This document shows, piece after piece, positions 1 through 64,000 of a stretch of 64,000 nt of DNA (position 1 is the stretch's first letter; every line of letters begins with the position of its first letter). The stretch is from Tubiluchus corallicola. Taxonomy: Eukaryota > Animalia > Priapulida. The DNA lies in the NCBI GenBank assembly GCA_030141605.1, contig JAQGDQ010000294.1:1-64000 (forward strand), in the 5' to 3' direction. Under the pieces are notes generated by a model. The model saw only the letters and a list, made by a program, of their open reading frames with translations, was not told where the DNA came from and did no database searches. Made by a program: the position numbers and the translations under genes.

Positions 1-3000
1 GGACGAACGGATGGTTGGATGGATACATGGGTGAACCAATAAATTAATGAACAAAAGAATATGTTCTGCACTTAGCTGAATGAATGAATAAAATAAGTAA
101 ACAATCAAAATCAAGAAAATTATTTCCAAATTAGGCGTACGGCAAATTAGGTGGTTTACTTTCGAGATTTTATGCACAATGTTGTGGTTATTCCTTTTTA
201 ATGAGTAAAAAGAGGGGAACTAAACCAATTTTAAATAAATTATCACTTTGTTTACGTGTATAACCAAAGAATAACTTTCATATTTTGAAGGGACAAATAA
301 CATAGGCCCACTTCAGGCACTCGTACTAAAACGTAAGCCTTCATCAGTACTGATAATATTTTACAGTATTATAAAATATACGACTGTTATAGTAGCGCAA
401 CGAACCGTACAATGCAAAAATAAAATTTACGTCTCAAGAGGTTTGATTCTTTTGGATTGATTGTCATTGTTCGTTTGTAACCAGTCGTCTGGGGGCCATT
501 AGCATCTGGGTCCACTGCTGGCCAGAGTAAACACATTCTTATTCAATGACTGATTCAACCTTGACCACGCCAGCATTTTAAGAAGGTATTTTTATTGTTC
601 ATTTTATTTCAAGCCCGAGGGGCCAATTTAAACCTTGTGCATAAGGAGGAGTTTTGTGAAACGTTCCCTAGGGGACGTCTAGCCCTTGTTTTTGAAAATT
701 AAAAGATAATTATTCAATTCATTTCAGTTCAATTCACGCTTTTGTTTCAGACTTAAAATCCATATAAAACGCTCATATAAGGTAAATAAAATGTACACAA
801 GACATTAAGACCACACATTAAAAACGTAAGGCTGACACAGATCATACGCTACAAAAAGCACACATACAAGAGGACATGCTATATGCATAATTACATACAG
901 AAGACAATGCACGCGAAATCATTTCACTAAAATAATGACTGGTTGCTACAATAAAACGCGTTACAATGAATCAGTAAATTATGCCACTTTCTAAAAAATG
1001 CGATTTATAGAACATGTCACTCATTTTCAATCAACATATTGTAAATGTCAGGCAATAAACGGTTCCGGATAACTGTATGCTGCCGTTCTTTGTACTTGTA
1101 TAAACTGGAGTCTAAGAGTGGTACACATACCAGATGCACTGCAGTCATACCTTGATTTAAGATAAAATTCAACTGTTTATTATTTTAGTGAAAGATAATG
1201 CAGACGATTTTTATGAAGCGTGTTCTTACTCATTGAGAAAGAATTTTTCTAACTCCATGCTTATTTTTCTTATTTTTGGCTATTCTTTTAATTGTACACG
1301 AAGAGTGCTTAGAGGTTACTTGAAAATTACTTGGTAATTATTAATTGCTGCAGGCAGGGGAGGCACAGGTTAATACTTAATGTCATTATTGCTTGAAAAG
1401 TTATATTTTTTACTAGATTTGAAAGAAAATATTCGAGGTTTCAGCACAAGACTTGAACGCAGACTTTGAAATCGCCCGCTAAATAAATCAGTTCATTCTG
1501 TTGTCCCTTGTATCAAGGTTAACTTTTTCTATTAAGCTAACGTGACATGTAATCTTTTAAGTCTAACAAATCAATACAGGCAATCTAGAATAATATGTGT
1601 GACTCTGTACCCATGCCAGGGTAACTCTGAGAGTTAAATAGTAGTTTAAATGGCAGCTCTGTCTCACTTGAGTGCATGCAAGAACCTCTTAAGTGCATCT
1701 TTTCTGAAAACAAACCACACACACGGCAGCGCATTTTCAGGTCCTCTTTAGTGTAACCTAGTAAATCCTTTAACTTAAAAACTACTTTAAATTTTTCTTT
1801 CTTTCTTTTGCAGAATAATAAAGCACATTTTATAGTGTATTCACTCCATATTTTGAGGTAACTCATTTTTTCGCCTTTCTCAAAACTAGCTGAAGAGGAC
1901 TTACTATGTACTTCTAGAAAACATGAGAAATGCAGCTCACAGACAATAGCAATGTTAGACAAAGCAATTGCTACCTACAACATGTTACTAAGTTCCTTAT
2001 ACAAAAATGTTGTTATGTTTTCAGGTGCATAAAATACAAGCATGCCTCTGAGGGGTCTATACGAAAATTACGATTCCTAGCACGGCGCACAGGCACTCAA
2101 ACTATCACTACATTATGTATGACTTGAAGAATAATTCTCAGGTCCACCATGTCGTAATACAGCAAGAGGCACAAAGTGATTACCACCATCAGGTAAAGTC
2201 CTGAAGGCAAATGGTGGGATAAGACATTTACATTCAAGTCCACGTAGTAATTTCATTCAATGTTGGCAAAGCAACTGTTGTTTCTTTCCTGTACCAAGTC
2301 ATTCCTCGACATGGACTGATAACAAAAAGCAAACTTTGTCATACCTGGAGATGATTGAGGTAGTTCAGAACTCGTTGTACATTGTTCAATTTATGAAATC
2401 TGAGTCTTCCCCTTTCCCTGGGCTAAAAACATCAAATAACAAAATCATTTACTTCAATTGATTCACTTTAAGCTAAAATCAAATAATTAATGTAATGCTT
2501 TGTATAAAAGACTTCAAAAATCCTGTTTTCTTTGTTCAAATCACCATAGGGAACTTTCTTCTAAATTAAAGGCGTTCTTACACAGTTCAGCACTTTTCTA
2601 GTCACAGTGCTGAAATGCAGTATCTACTATTGATCTTGAATGGTTGTAGCAAGATCAGAACCTAATGCATTATCAAGGATAATACTCAAACATAAATTAG
2701 CCTAGTGTTTCAGCCACTTTGGATGTGTACATACATTTTCTGCTGCGACAAAAATAGCCGAATGGCTGATGAACCCACAGAGAAGCAGTTTTGTGACAAC
2801 CACCTATCCTTTTGCTAAATAAACACAATGCTACATAACTTTCTTAGCCAAATATATACCATGTCATAAATACCAAGCTGTTAATGGGCTTGACTCAAAT
2901 TTTAGAGAAAGACAGGACTTTATCCAAACGAATCGCTTTTGTTAATTTATAACAAAATGGAAAGAAGCAAAATGAAAACATCAATTAAAAAAGCAAAACA

Positions 3001-3743
3001 TGGGCTGAGAACTAACCTACATAACTGACTTTTAAATTATTTGAGCAATGGAACAACTGCAGGTTGCAATAACACAGTAGGCCAACATGGTAGTATTGCA
3101 ATTCATTGAGATAGTCAACAAAAATGGTTCGCATGAGTGTCATAAGATAATTCTACCTGCGTATAGTTATCAGTTTTAATAAACTGATTTCCATGTTTAT
3201 TTATCTGTTTACATAGACTGACATCTCCCAGCAACGAGGGATCTTGCTGTATCAAGCAAGCTACCTATATGTACTTTTGTAAATGTTTACCAACAAAATT
3301 CATAAATACAAGTGCCACCCAGATTTATGTACAATGCAATTAAATAAATATTAATTTATGAGTTCACAGCTGTATGAACTAAATAGGCAGTAATTTTAGT
3401 TCAAGGCTACTCCATGCACTCAGAAAGTACATGCAAGTACTCAGAAAGTACATACTTGTTTAATTAACCAAGAGCTAATAATGTTACTCACAATTTGATC
3501 ACCAGACAGTACTTCTACGAGAGATATGAGATTATGTCCATCTCTTAAATCTTCGAACAAGTCGTTAATGTGAATACCAATCTGCAAATATACATTCGAA
3601 AATTAACCACAAATGTGGACTATAACTCAGCACTGTTTACTTTTGATTGTATGAATCAAAAAAGCATCTGCATGCACAGAAGATCCTCGATAAAAAGTTA
3701 TTCATCACTTTCGCCTCTCATTTGAAATGCATTGATATTGTAG

Positions 3744-56067
<52,324 letters not shown>

Positions 56068-56132
56068 TTCTTCAGTGTCACCTTTATTTGTTTATTTATG
56101 TATAGAAACAAATCGATTTATTTAAATGTAGA

Positions 56133-56138
56133 AATAAA
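56133..56138 (+). promoter_or_regulatory. Candidate polyadenylation signal of the rGC gene
   Basis: AATAAA 66 nt after the stop, followed by a GT/T-rich tract near 56166-56185. Confidence 0.45.
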
Positions 56139-57172
56139 CAGATTATAAGCTTCTAAAAATCTAAATTTGTGACTTTGTTTGTCGCGTGAATTTCCAGTGT
56201 AGTAATACTCCATTAACTAAAGCTTAGAGGCATTTTATACTGGGTACTCAGAGAAATTTAAAACAAATTTTCCAGACTTTTTCCCGACCAAATATTGACT
56301 TTTCATGACCAAGATAAGCAGCAATTGTATTACCAATATACATATTCAAACATTTTTGTGTATGGGCATTCATACGTATACTGTTATATAATATGTCGGC
56401 CAATCATTATTTTTTGGAACAGAAATCGAAACTGGGAACCTGCCATAACAAAATTTTATTTCAACATGAATCGCTGAAAAATATGTTTGGAAAAATATCA
56501 GTGATTATGGTTCACGGTAATTATTTTTGCAATCCTTTCCAATTTCCCTGACCTTTTGCCTCCTTTTCATAATTTTCCCTGCCTTTTTATCAAATTATCT
56601 TTTTCCCTGACTTTTTCAATGAAGACTTTCCTGTACAGACTGTATTTTCAAGGATTTTCTCTGACTGTGGGGAACCCTGTCATTAATAAAATTACTACAG
56701 CTTCATTTAAAAATGCTTAAATAAATCCCTGGATGGAGACACATGTCTGACCTTCAAACTACATTTTATTCTCTTATGTAAATTATTAAGAAAAGAATTT
56801 TGATAACTTTTATTTTGGAAACCTTGCAGTAGTAAAATTGAAAAAAATATAAGACATAGTAAATTAATTAAAATTTATTTTAGTTTCATTAGATTGGTTT
56901 CCAGTAAGACAAAATTTTACAAAAACCGAGCAAATTTCACGAAAGAACAATCTACATGATATTTACAGCAGCGATATAATGACTAATAACACATTTTGGC
57001 ATAAGATAACAGTTTCTTTATGTTTTCAATAACAATTCATAGTAAAAGCAGCATCTATGAAAATGATAATATAGAAATTGCTAACAAACTCAAATTCAAT
57101 CCAACATGGAACTTATCCTACTGAAGAGTCATGGAATGAAGCAAAACAACAATGGTAACATCAAAAGGAAAA

Positions 57173-58833
57173 TTATGAAAACCCGGCTTTATCTAATATG
57201 GCGTCCAATGTGTCCTCAAAGTTTGTGTGATTGCCTTTTGATCCATCAAGCCCAGCAAACTCGTACCTGCCACTGTAAACTTCTACTGGTTCACTTTTAT
57301 TAGCCACTTCATCGCGGTTATTGTAATGAGTTGAAACGTCTATCCCACCTGTCATCTCCATTAAGTCTTTAAGCAACTCGTCCAACTGTGTACAATCGCT
57401 AACGGTCTCGGTGACATTATTGTTTTCTTGTAATGAACTACCGGCATCACCAGTTGCGTTGCAGACAGTATAATAGGAACTGCTGCAACTGTCATCAAAC
57501 ATCGGAGCACAGACGAGCGGCGGAGTAACGGAACGACTGTTCAGAGATGCGACGCTTGATCGTCCTGAAGTGTGGGACACAGGTGTAGCACTTGAGATGT
57601 GGGACACAGGTGTAGCACTTGAGACATAAGATACAGATGTGTCATCATACTTGCTGGTGTCGGTGTCGGAAGCAGCAGCATCAGCAGCCGGTTTGGCTTT
57701 TTTATGACGTGTTTTTCGCCGTCGTCCCCGTTTTTTGCCAACGTATTTGGACGAACTTGCCTTCACCACATCAGGCTTGATGGTGTATCCCTCGAATGGC
57801 TTAGCAACATCAGGTTGCCTAGCTGATTTTATTCTCTCTTTAAGTAGAGCGAGATATTTCTTCTCATCGCTTTCGTCGTAAGAACTCGGCTCGGCAACAG
57901 TGGAGCCTCTTTGGGAACTTTCATCAAGGGCAGACATTTTGTCCTCCCTCAGTTTGTGTATCAACTTTGACACTTGGATTCTAGTCACATTGTTGGCACT
58001 AACACTGTCACGGTTAGACTTCCTTACATCACTTGAGCTGCTCTGAGAATGACGTCTCTTCTGTGGTTTATCATAATTAGACGGCAAAGACTGCACATCA
58101 TCTCTGTTCATATCATGCTTAGGTGCTGTTAGAGACACCCTGGAACCCCTAGAGACGCCTTTAGAAGAACCTCCACTTGTGGCTGCTTTCACGTTGCTTG
58201 GAGTATTGTCTCCAAATGGCTTCTGCCTTCCAGATGTTCTCAAGATTTTTATGCGACGTAGCAATGTTGTCGGAGATGGACGTCTTGATGATTTCTCAGT
58301 GCCACTGTCTGCAGTCCAGCATGGTTTAGATTGATCACGTGTTTTTGCTTTTCTTAATGCACAACTTGATGTAGAATTCAACAGATTAGCAGTTGAAGAA
58401 CCTTCAGCAAAAGCTGACCTTATGCTGATGTTGTCTCGCACACGATGGACAGAATTAGGCACTTGTTGCGCCGCCTGGTGGCACGTGGCTTTACCTCGAA
58501 ATGAATTAGCCTGAGGATATGTATCTGACTTTGTGCACAGGAGCGAACTTTCACTGCATGATTCATAAGCTTCATCATACAGACTGTCTGGTGCCTTGGA
58601 CAAACTTGATCTGGGCACAGTAGGATGGCTTGCACCCAGATGACCACCTACAAGAGTCCGATTTTCAGCGCAGCACTGACCACTACTGTAAGAATTATTT
58701 CTGGAAGTTGTTTCTGCAGAGTAATTGTTATCGGGTTCCCAGATAAGAAGGCAAGCATCCGACGGAGCAAATTCTGGTTTAGCATGGTGAGCAGCTGCGG
58801 GTTTAACTCCATCACAGAGAAGCCATCCAGAGG
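57173..58833 (-). CDS. USPL1-like terminal exon: SGWLLCDG...LLIWE then about 500 aa Ser/Lys/Arg-rich disordered tail
   Basis: tttttctctcag| acceptor; 1661-nt open frame ending in TAA at 57173-57175; basic cluster KKRGRRRKTRHKK. Confidence 0.9.
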
Positions 58834-59744
58834 CTGAGAGAAAAATAGAAATTTAACTGACATATAACCAATTACAATCAACTGATTCACTGGCAAATGT
58901 AATAGAATTACCTTAACAAAACATGCAACCAGTTTATATATGCAGAGCCTACAGTGTAGAACATTATGCACTAATTACATATTTAACAGAAGCCAAATAG
59001 GTAATGAGTGAGCAGACCTGTAGAAAAGAAATTGATACAGTAACAAATAACTAAGTGTTTGAAAATAAAGTCAAAGAATTGAACTGCTTTGTACAATAAG
59101 AGAAGGCTTATTAGGGTACATAGATAAACTTTCTTTACCGTATGTCGTCTAGAACTGGCAAGAAATTAAAAAATTCTCCTCAAACTAGCATTAATGACAA
59201 CATTTACGTCTCTGGCCATTATTAAAATAATGTAATACGTGATTTCACTACTGTGACCAGAACTACAAGTAACTGGGACTTATTAATAAAAGAAAGTTTA
59301 TCTATGTGGTCTAATAACTTTGTCTTAATGTACAAAACGAAATATAGGAGCAATATATTATGTTTACTCGTAGAACTCAAAGAATAGCTTTCTCTGGCAT
59401 AAAAACGATGCATTGTTATAACTGCACTACTGTACGCTCAACAGATTGTTCACAGTTGCTTTTTAGTCGCTGTACTTGTACTTTAAACAGTGAAATTAGA
59501 ATAAAATACAGTCAAACCTCGTTATGATGCACCCCCCCCCCCCCCCGATAATGGCAACCTCGCCTAACACTCAATTGGCAATTTTTTTTGCACAAATATT
59601 TACGTATTAATGCATCTTATTATAATTCCAAACTCGCTTAATGTCAACTTTTTTCACAATTCCAATGCAGCACAAAGAGGTTTGACTGTGGATCAGAAAT
59701 TCGTTTTACAGGTAGTCGTCGACTTACGACTTAGTAATAGGTAA

Positions 59745-59803
<59 letters not shown>

Positions 59804-62800
59804 ATGTGTGTGTGTGTGTGTGTGCGTGTGCATGTGCGTGTGTGTGTGTGTGTGTATGCGTGTGCGCGTGTTTAATTCACTGATTAAGTTTCGGTTGGGT
59901 CAATAAGTCGACTACTACCTGTCCTGCAACCAACCTACAAACTATACTGACACACCAACACAACAATGATAATTAATTTGTAAACGGGTGCAGAGATGAG
60001 CATGAAGGAGTTAAAGCTTATTAGTCTTCATTTTGCTCTCGTCTAATATCAGAAATTTTCTATTAGCATTTTAGCGAAGTCTAGTGACTTTTGCTCCGTA
60101 TTAAAACTCTGCAAAAACATCCTATTAACGTTTTTTGTGACTATCCATAAAGCGGCTAATTTTCCGTTACATAAATTAGCTTAATATGCTTACCAGTTTT
60201 TACCCAGGATGCATAGCCTTGTTTTTTCCTCACGACAATTCCAGTAATTGAGTAAACTCGTCCGGCAATTTGGCAGCTGTGTGAAGGAATGTTGCAACTA
60301 GACATGCCTGCTTCCAGACTCATCAGTATACAGGGTACTGAGCTGCAAGTATTAATAAATATTAACAAGGATTAGCCTTGCAGAAACAATATAATGATCA
60401 GGACGAAATGCTGTTAATAAGTAGGTTTTAAGATTTTGCACGTAGACATACGAGGAAAACTGCAAATAAAGCAATACACAGGGTGGACACAAAAAGTGAG
60501 CCCCTTTCAAAATTTCACAAAACTGAGAATCTTTAACCAATTTTTACATAAATTTAGCGGGTAAACTAGAAACATTTCAGCACTTTCCCAACTAATTTTT
60601 ATTAAGAAAGTCCAAAAATAAACATTTCATGCTTGATATTGTTATTAAGCCAATAAAAATGAAAAAATAGATAAGTATTACAGTAAACTCCGCCTAACTC
60701 AAAATCGCATAATCCAAAGAATTTCAACGGAACGGATGAAATCCTTCATTTTTCTCACAAAAAACAATGCTTAACTCAATATTTCGCCTAACTCAAATAA
60801 AAAATCATGGTCCATTTAATCAAAATACATGTAGTTTACTTCGCCTAACTCAAACATGCAATTTATGCTCTAGAAAAATAAAAAGTTTCACACAATTCAA
60901 AAAAAGTATCGTCTTCCGGGACAACTCTGATGTCTTACAAGTCTCTACTTTTCAATACTTGATGAAGTGTGTAAATAATTGAACTATGTGCAAAGTGAAC
61001 TGCAGTACGTAAGACACTGGTAGCCCCATTGTCATGTTGTTTAATAGTGTTGTGTCCTTTTGTAACATAAAAAATCGTGTTTCACTACATAATTTGTTAT
61101 TCTTTATGTAAATGTCATCAAATTTCGTCATATATGTATAGAAGGGTTGAACTTTCTGCCTTCTATTTAGCTCGCCGTCTGGAGGAGAGGTTTAGAGATT
61201 CTATGCTAATCAACATTGCCTAACTCAAAAAAGTTTTTTGGATTTGAATTATGCAGAGGTTACAGTAGTATGATTGTACATATATACAATGGACATATTG
61301 TACTGATACTAGTATGACGATCATTAAAGTCATTGAACAGTTCAGGCCTCGGTTAACAACAACCGAAGCATCAGGAAAATATATCGAACTTTATAATGCC
61401 TACTTCATTTTATCACCCAAATTTTTAGCAAAACAAATCTCTGTATGTCAAACTTGCTATAATGTCAGCTTTCTTACAACCTCAAAGTGAGCAGTATAAA
61501 GAGGTTTGAACACACAATGAAATTTCTAAATCTTGCATTTTTATTTAACTTAATTATTATTCATAATACATGCATCTGCTTTCATGGAAAAAACTTTTAT
61601 TCCAATGCAAAGAAAAATGAATTATTAAGGAATTTGGTAAAACATACAGACAGTTTTAAAGTAAGAATTTGTGAACATTTGGGGTATTTCATCAAGAACT
61701 GGCAAGAGATTTAAAAAATTCTTCTCAGTCCAGCGTTAATGACCATATTTGTATCTCTGGCCTCAAAACTGACTTTAATATTTTCAGCATTGTGACCAGA
61801 GCTACAAATAACTGGGACTTATTAATAAAAGAAAGTTTATCTATGTACCCTAATAAGCCGTCTCTTAGTGTATAAAGCACCTAAACTGCTTTAACTTTAT
61901 TCTCAAACACTTAGCTATTTGTTACTGTATCAATTTATTTTCTAAAGGTCTGCTTATTCATTGCCTATTTGACACTTTGTAAATACATAATGCCTAATGT
62001 TCTATACTGTACGCTCTACCTACATAAACTGGTTGTATTTTTGTAAAAATTCACCATTGATGATGACACCAGTAGCTCTGTCGAAACGTTTGACACAATA
62101 ATTTAACTATGTAAATTAAAAAGCTTTAACAAAGTTGTGGTGTCTTAATTGTTAATGAATTTTTTTTAAAAAGGTTTACTTTTTTCTGTGATTCTGATAG
62201 TAAATTAACCAGTTTTATTAGAGAAAAACATAAGCATACCAAACAAAGCAAAGTAAACAAAGCAAAGTTGTCTTCCAATAAAAAAGCAACTTTTCCTTTC
62301 TTTATTATGGAATTAGCGTGTCCAGCAATTTTATTATTTTGTTCACATCTGCCATTTTCTCGACTTGCCTTACATTTAAACTCAGGCTTTCAAGTAATTT
62401 TTTCAAATACAAAAATCAAAAATTCTGATGACAATAGTACCAATTCTACCTCTTACCCAACAAAATTTATGTTCATAATCTGATCAGACGTTCCACATTT
62501 AATACAAAAACAAGCAAATGCCGGTTGCTGATTGGTGAATGGACGGAGCATACCCGGTATCCTCTGCACAACATTTTGGTACCTAAAATCATAACAAGCA
62601 TTGCATCATTAAGTTCGTCCAAAATGTGAATATACACAAAGAATCTATCACTTTGAATACAGGTGAAAATTAGTTGGCAGATCCATTGATAAAAACCGTT
62701 TTTTTCTTTTCTTTGCATTTCAATTAATCTTTTTGAAGCACAGCTCTAGCATCCTTCCAAAAAAGTTCAGTAAAAAGCTCTAAAAATTGAAACACAAATG

Positions 62801-64000
62801 TTGTTCCGTCCGTGCGTTAGATCTAGCATCCACCTATTGTCACATGTTTGAACACTAATGTGTAAAAGAAATATTGAACTGTGAATGAACTTATAAATTT
62901 GCCAACAAGTCAACAAATATCGGTGGTGGATTTAGGAGGTGGGCCCAAGTGGCCTAGCCCCCTTTTCACAGTAGCAATTACAACACATTAAATGAATATC
63001 ATCTCATCACATCATGGCCTTCATCAGTGAAGACAAATTTAACACTGAGTACGAGAGCTCTAGCAAAGTGTCCGAAAATTGAGAGTCGTTTAATCTTAGG
63101 CCTATCTAGAAGCAGAACATGTTGGAACTGGGTGGTAATAAGTGCAATTAGACTTTCTTCACTACAGTAATCACAATACTCGTTACTTGTGCGGTGATTA
63201 AAATTTAATACCTGTAAAAATCACTTTTTTCAAAACACGTGAAAGTTATGTACACAGTATACCAATATATTGGTGTGCAACTGAGCATCATAAGTTAGAG
63301 GTGACAAATTAGTAAACTTGCTTGAGGAAATAGTTTCTAATGGCCTAAAATGCAGTAAAACACACAGGCAGCTGGGCCACAGACACTCTAGCTGCTTGTT
63401 GGGCCTATCACTTTTTTATTTAAAACGTGTATCCGCCCTGCATACAAAACTGTAGTGGTTTTTTGGAAACTGATTGCATCTTAGAAATTGGGGGTGTTGC
63501 AACAGACAGAAATTTTGGAGAAAGATACCAAAATTATCCGTACCAATGACTCGTTCTAGACAGATGTTCCTTGAAATTTGTCATCAAATAAAACTGACAA
63601 AAAAGTGAAAGTAAAAGTAAAAGTTACCCACCTGTTTGACATCCGGTAACAACACTTTCTGCATACCAGCTGCCATTTTGAAGTCTGAACAAGTTGCTCT
63701 TCTAGCGAGCCGTGAGACTCCAACAACTTCTCAAACGACTCTTCAATAACGGTTTTATGACTAGCCCCGACGTGGAGGACGTCCCTCGCTTTACGTGTGG
63801 CGTTGGAGAGCATTTTAGCCAAGCTCTCTACACGGGCAACAGATAAACAACTTCCGATGGTATTGATGGTTTCAGGAGTATGAAGGATTACATTTCTTTG
63901 ATTCTTGTTAGCAGAATCACTGAGAGTCACCTCCTTTGATGAGCGTTCTGTTGGTGAAGAATAAACATGAAATGCGGAGCCGTTGCAGCTACCACCATGT
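57173..64000 (-). CDS. USPL1-like (peptidase C98 / SUMO isopeptidase fold) protein, last four exons, 5'-partial, catalytic His apparently absent
   Basis: Exons >64000-63632, 62582-62457, 60342-60194 and 58833-57173 join in phase: WQLVCRKC...FCIKCGT...PCILMSLEAGM...YSITGIVVRKKQGYASWVKTASGWLLCDGVKP...CLLIWE. This is colinear with remembered human USPL1 WDFECSQC...PCNNC...PIFMLHFVEGL...YQITSVIQYRANNHFITWILDADGSWLECDDLKG...HIVIWE. Confidence 0.78.
59509..59922. mobile_element. Two small pogo/Tigger-like MITEs
   Basis: CAGTCAAACCTC...GAGGTTTGACTG, and CAGGTAGTCGTCGACTTA...TAAGTCGACTACTACCTG; the second encloses (GT)n. Confidence 0.65.
60194..60342 (-). CDS. USPL1-like exon with His-box equivalent (SVPCILMSLEAG...YSITGIVVRKKQGYASWVKT)
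   Basis: ttgcag| acceptor, G|gtaagc donor; phases fit both neighbours. Confidence 0.85.
62457..62582 (-). CDS. USPL1-like exon (YQNVVQRIPG...FACFCIKCGTSDQIMNINFVG)
   Basis: ttttag| acceptor, GG|gtaaga donor; second CxxC; coding frame differs from the ORF-track frame. Confidence 0.85.
63632..64000 (-). CDS. USPL1-like exon, open to the window edge (...LEEQLVQTSKWQLVCRKCCYRMSNR)
   Basis: Frame open from 64000; AG|gtgggt phase-2 donor; first CxxC. Confidence 0.85.

Noticed and set aside
58805-58833. SGWLLCDG resembles the phage tail-collar motif P.GWL.CDG
   Set aside because: In the spliced context it aligns with the USPL1 WLECDD box and no other tail-collar sequence is present
58648-58971. 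107-aa - strand ORF as a separate gene
   Set aside because: It is an alternative frame overlapping the acceptor and the start of the USPL1-like terminal exon

Overview
This is AT-rich, repeat-dense eukaryotic (invertebrate animal) DNA, not prokaryotic; most long ORFs in the track are microsatellite or minisatellite artefacts. Reading GT-AG boundaries and codon phases by hand gives two convergent spliced genes. (1) On the + strand, 3744-56067, 20 exons (2761 coding nt, about 919 aa, 5' end outside the window) encode a natriuretic-peptide-receptor-like membrane guanylyl cyclase: ligand-binding ectodomain, TM helix, pseudokinase, dimerisation helix, GTP-specific cyclase and a C-terminal S-Y-I. 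(2) On the - strand, from beyond 64000 down to 57173, the last 4 exons of a gene rebuild into a USPL1-like (peptidase C98, SUMO isopeptidase) domain with a long disordered tail. Its catalytic His appears replaced by Gly, making it a candidate pseudo-deSUMOylase. The introns contain opposed Helitron-like copies bracketing two satellites and a frameshifted antisense LRR-like gene remnant. They also hold TTAA-MITEs, a hAT MITE with TSD, LINE remnants, tRNA- and 5S-derived SINE pieces, long fold-backs, satellites expanded inside transposons, and duplicated splice donors. All family assignments come from remembered motifs, not database searches.
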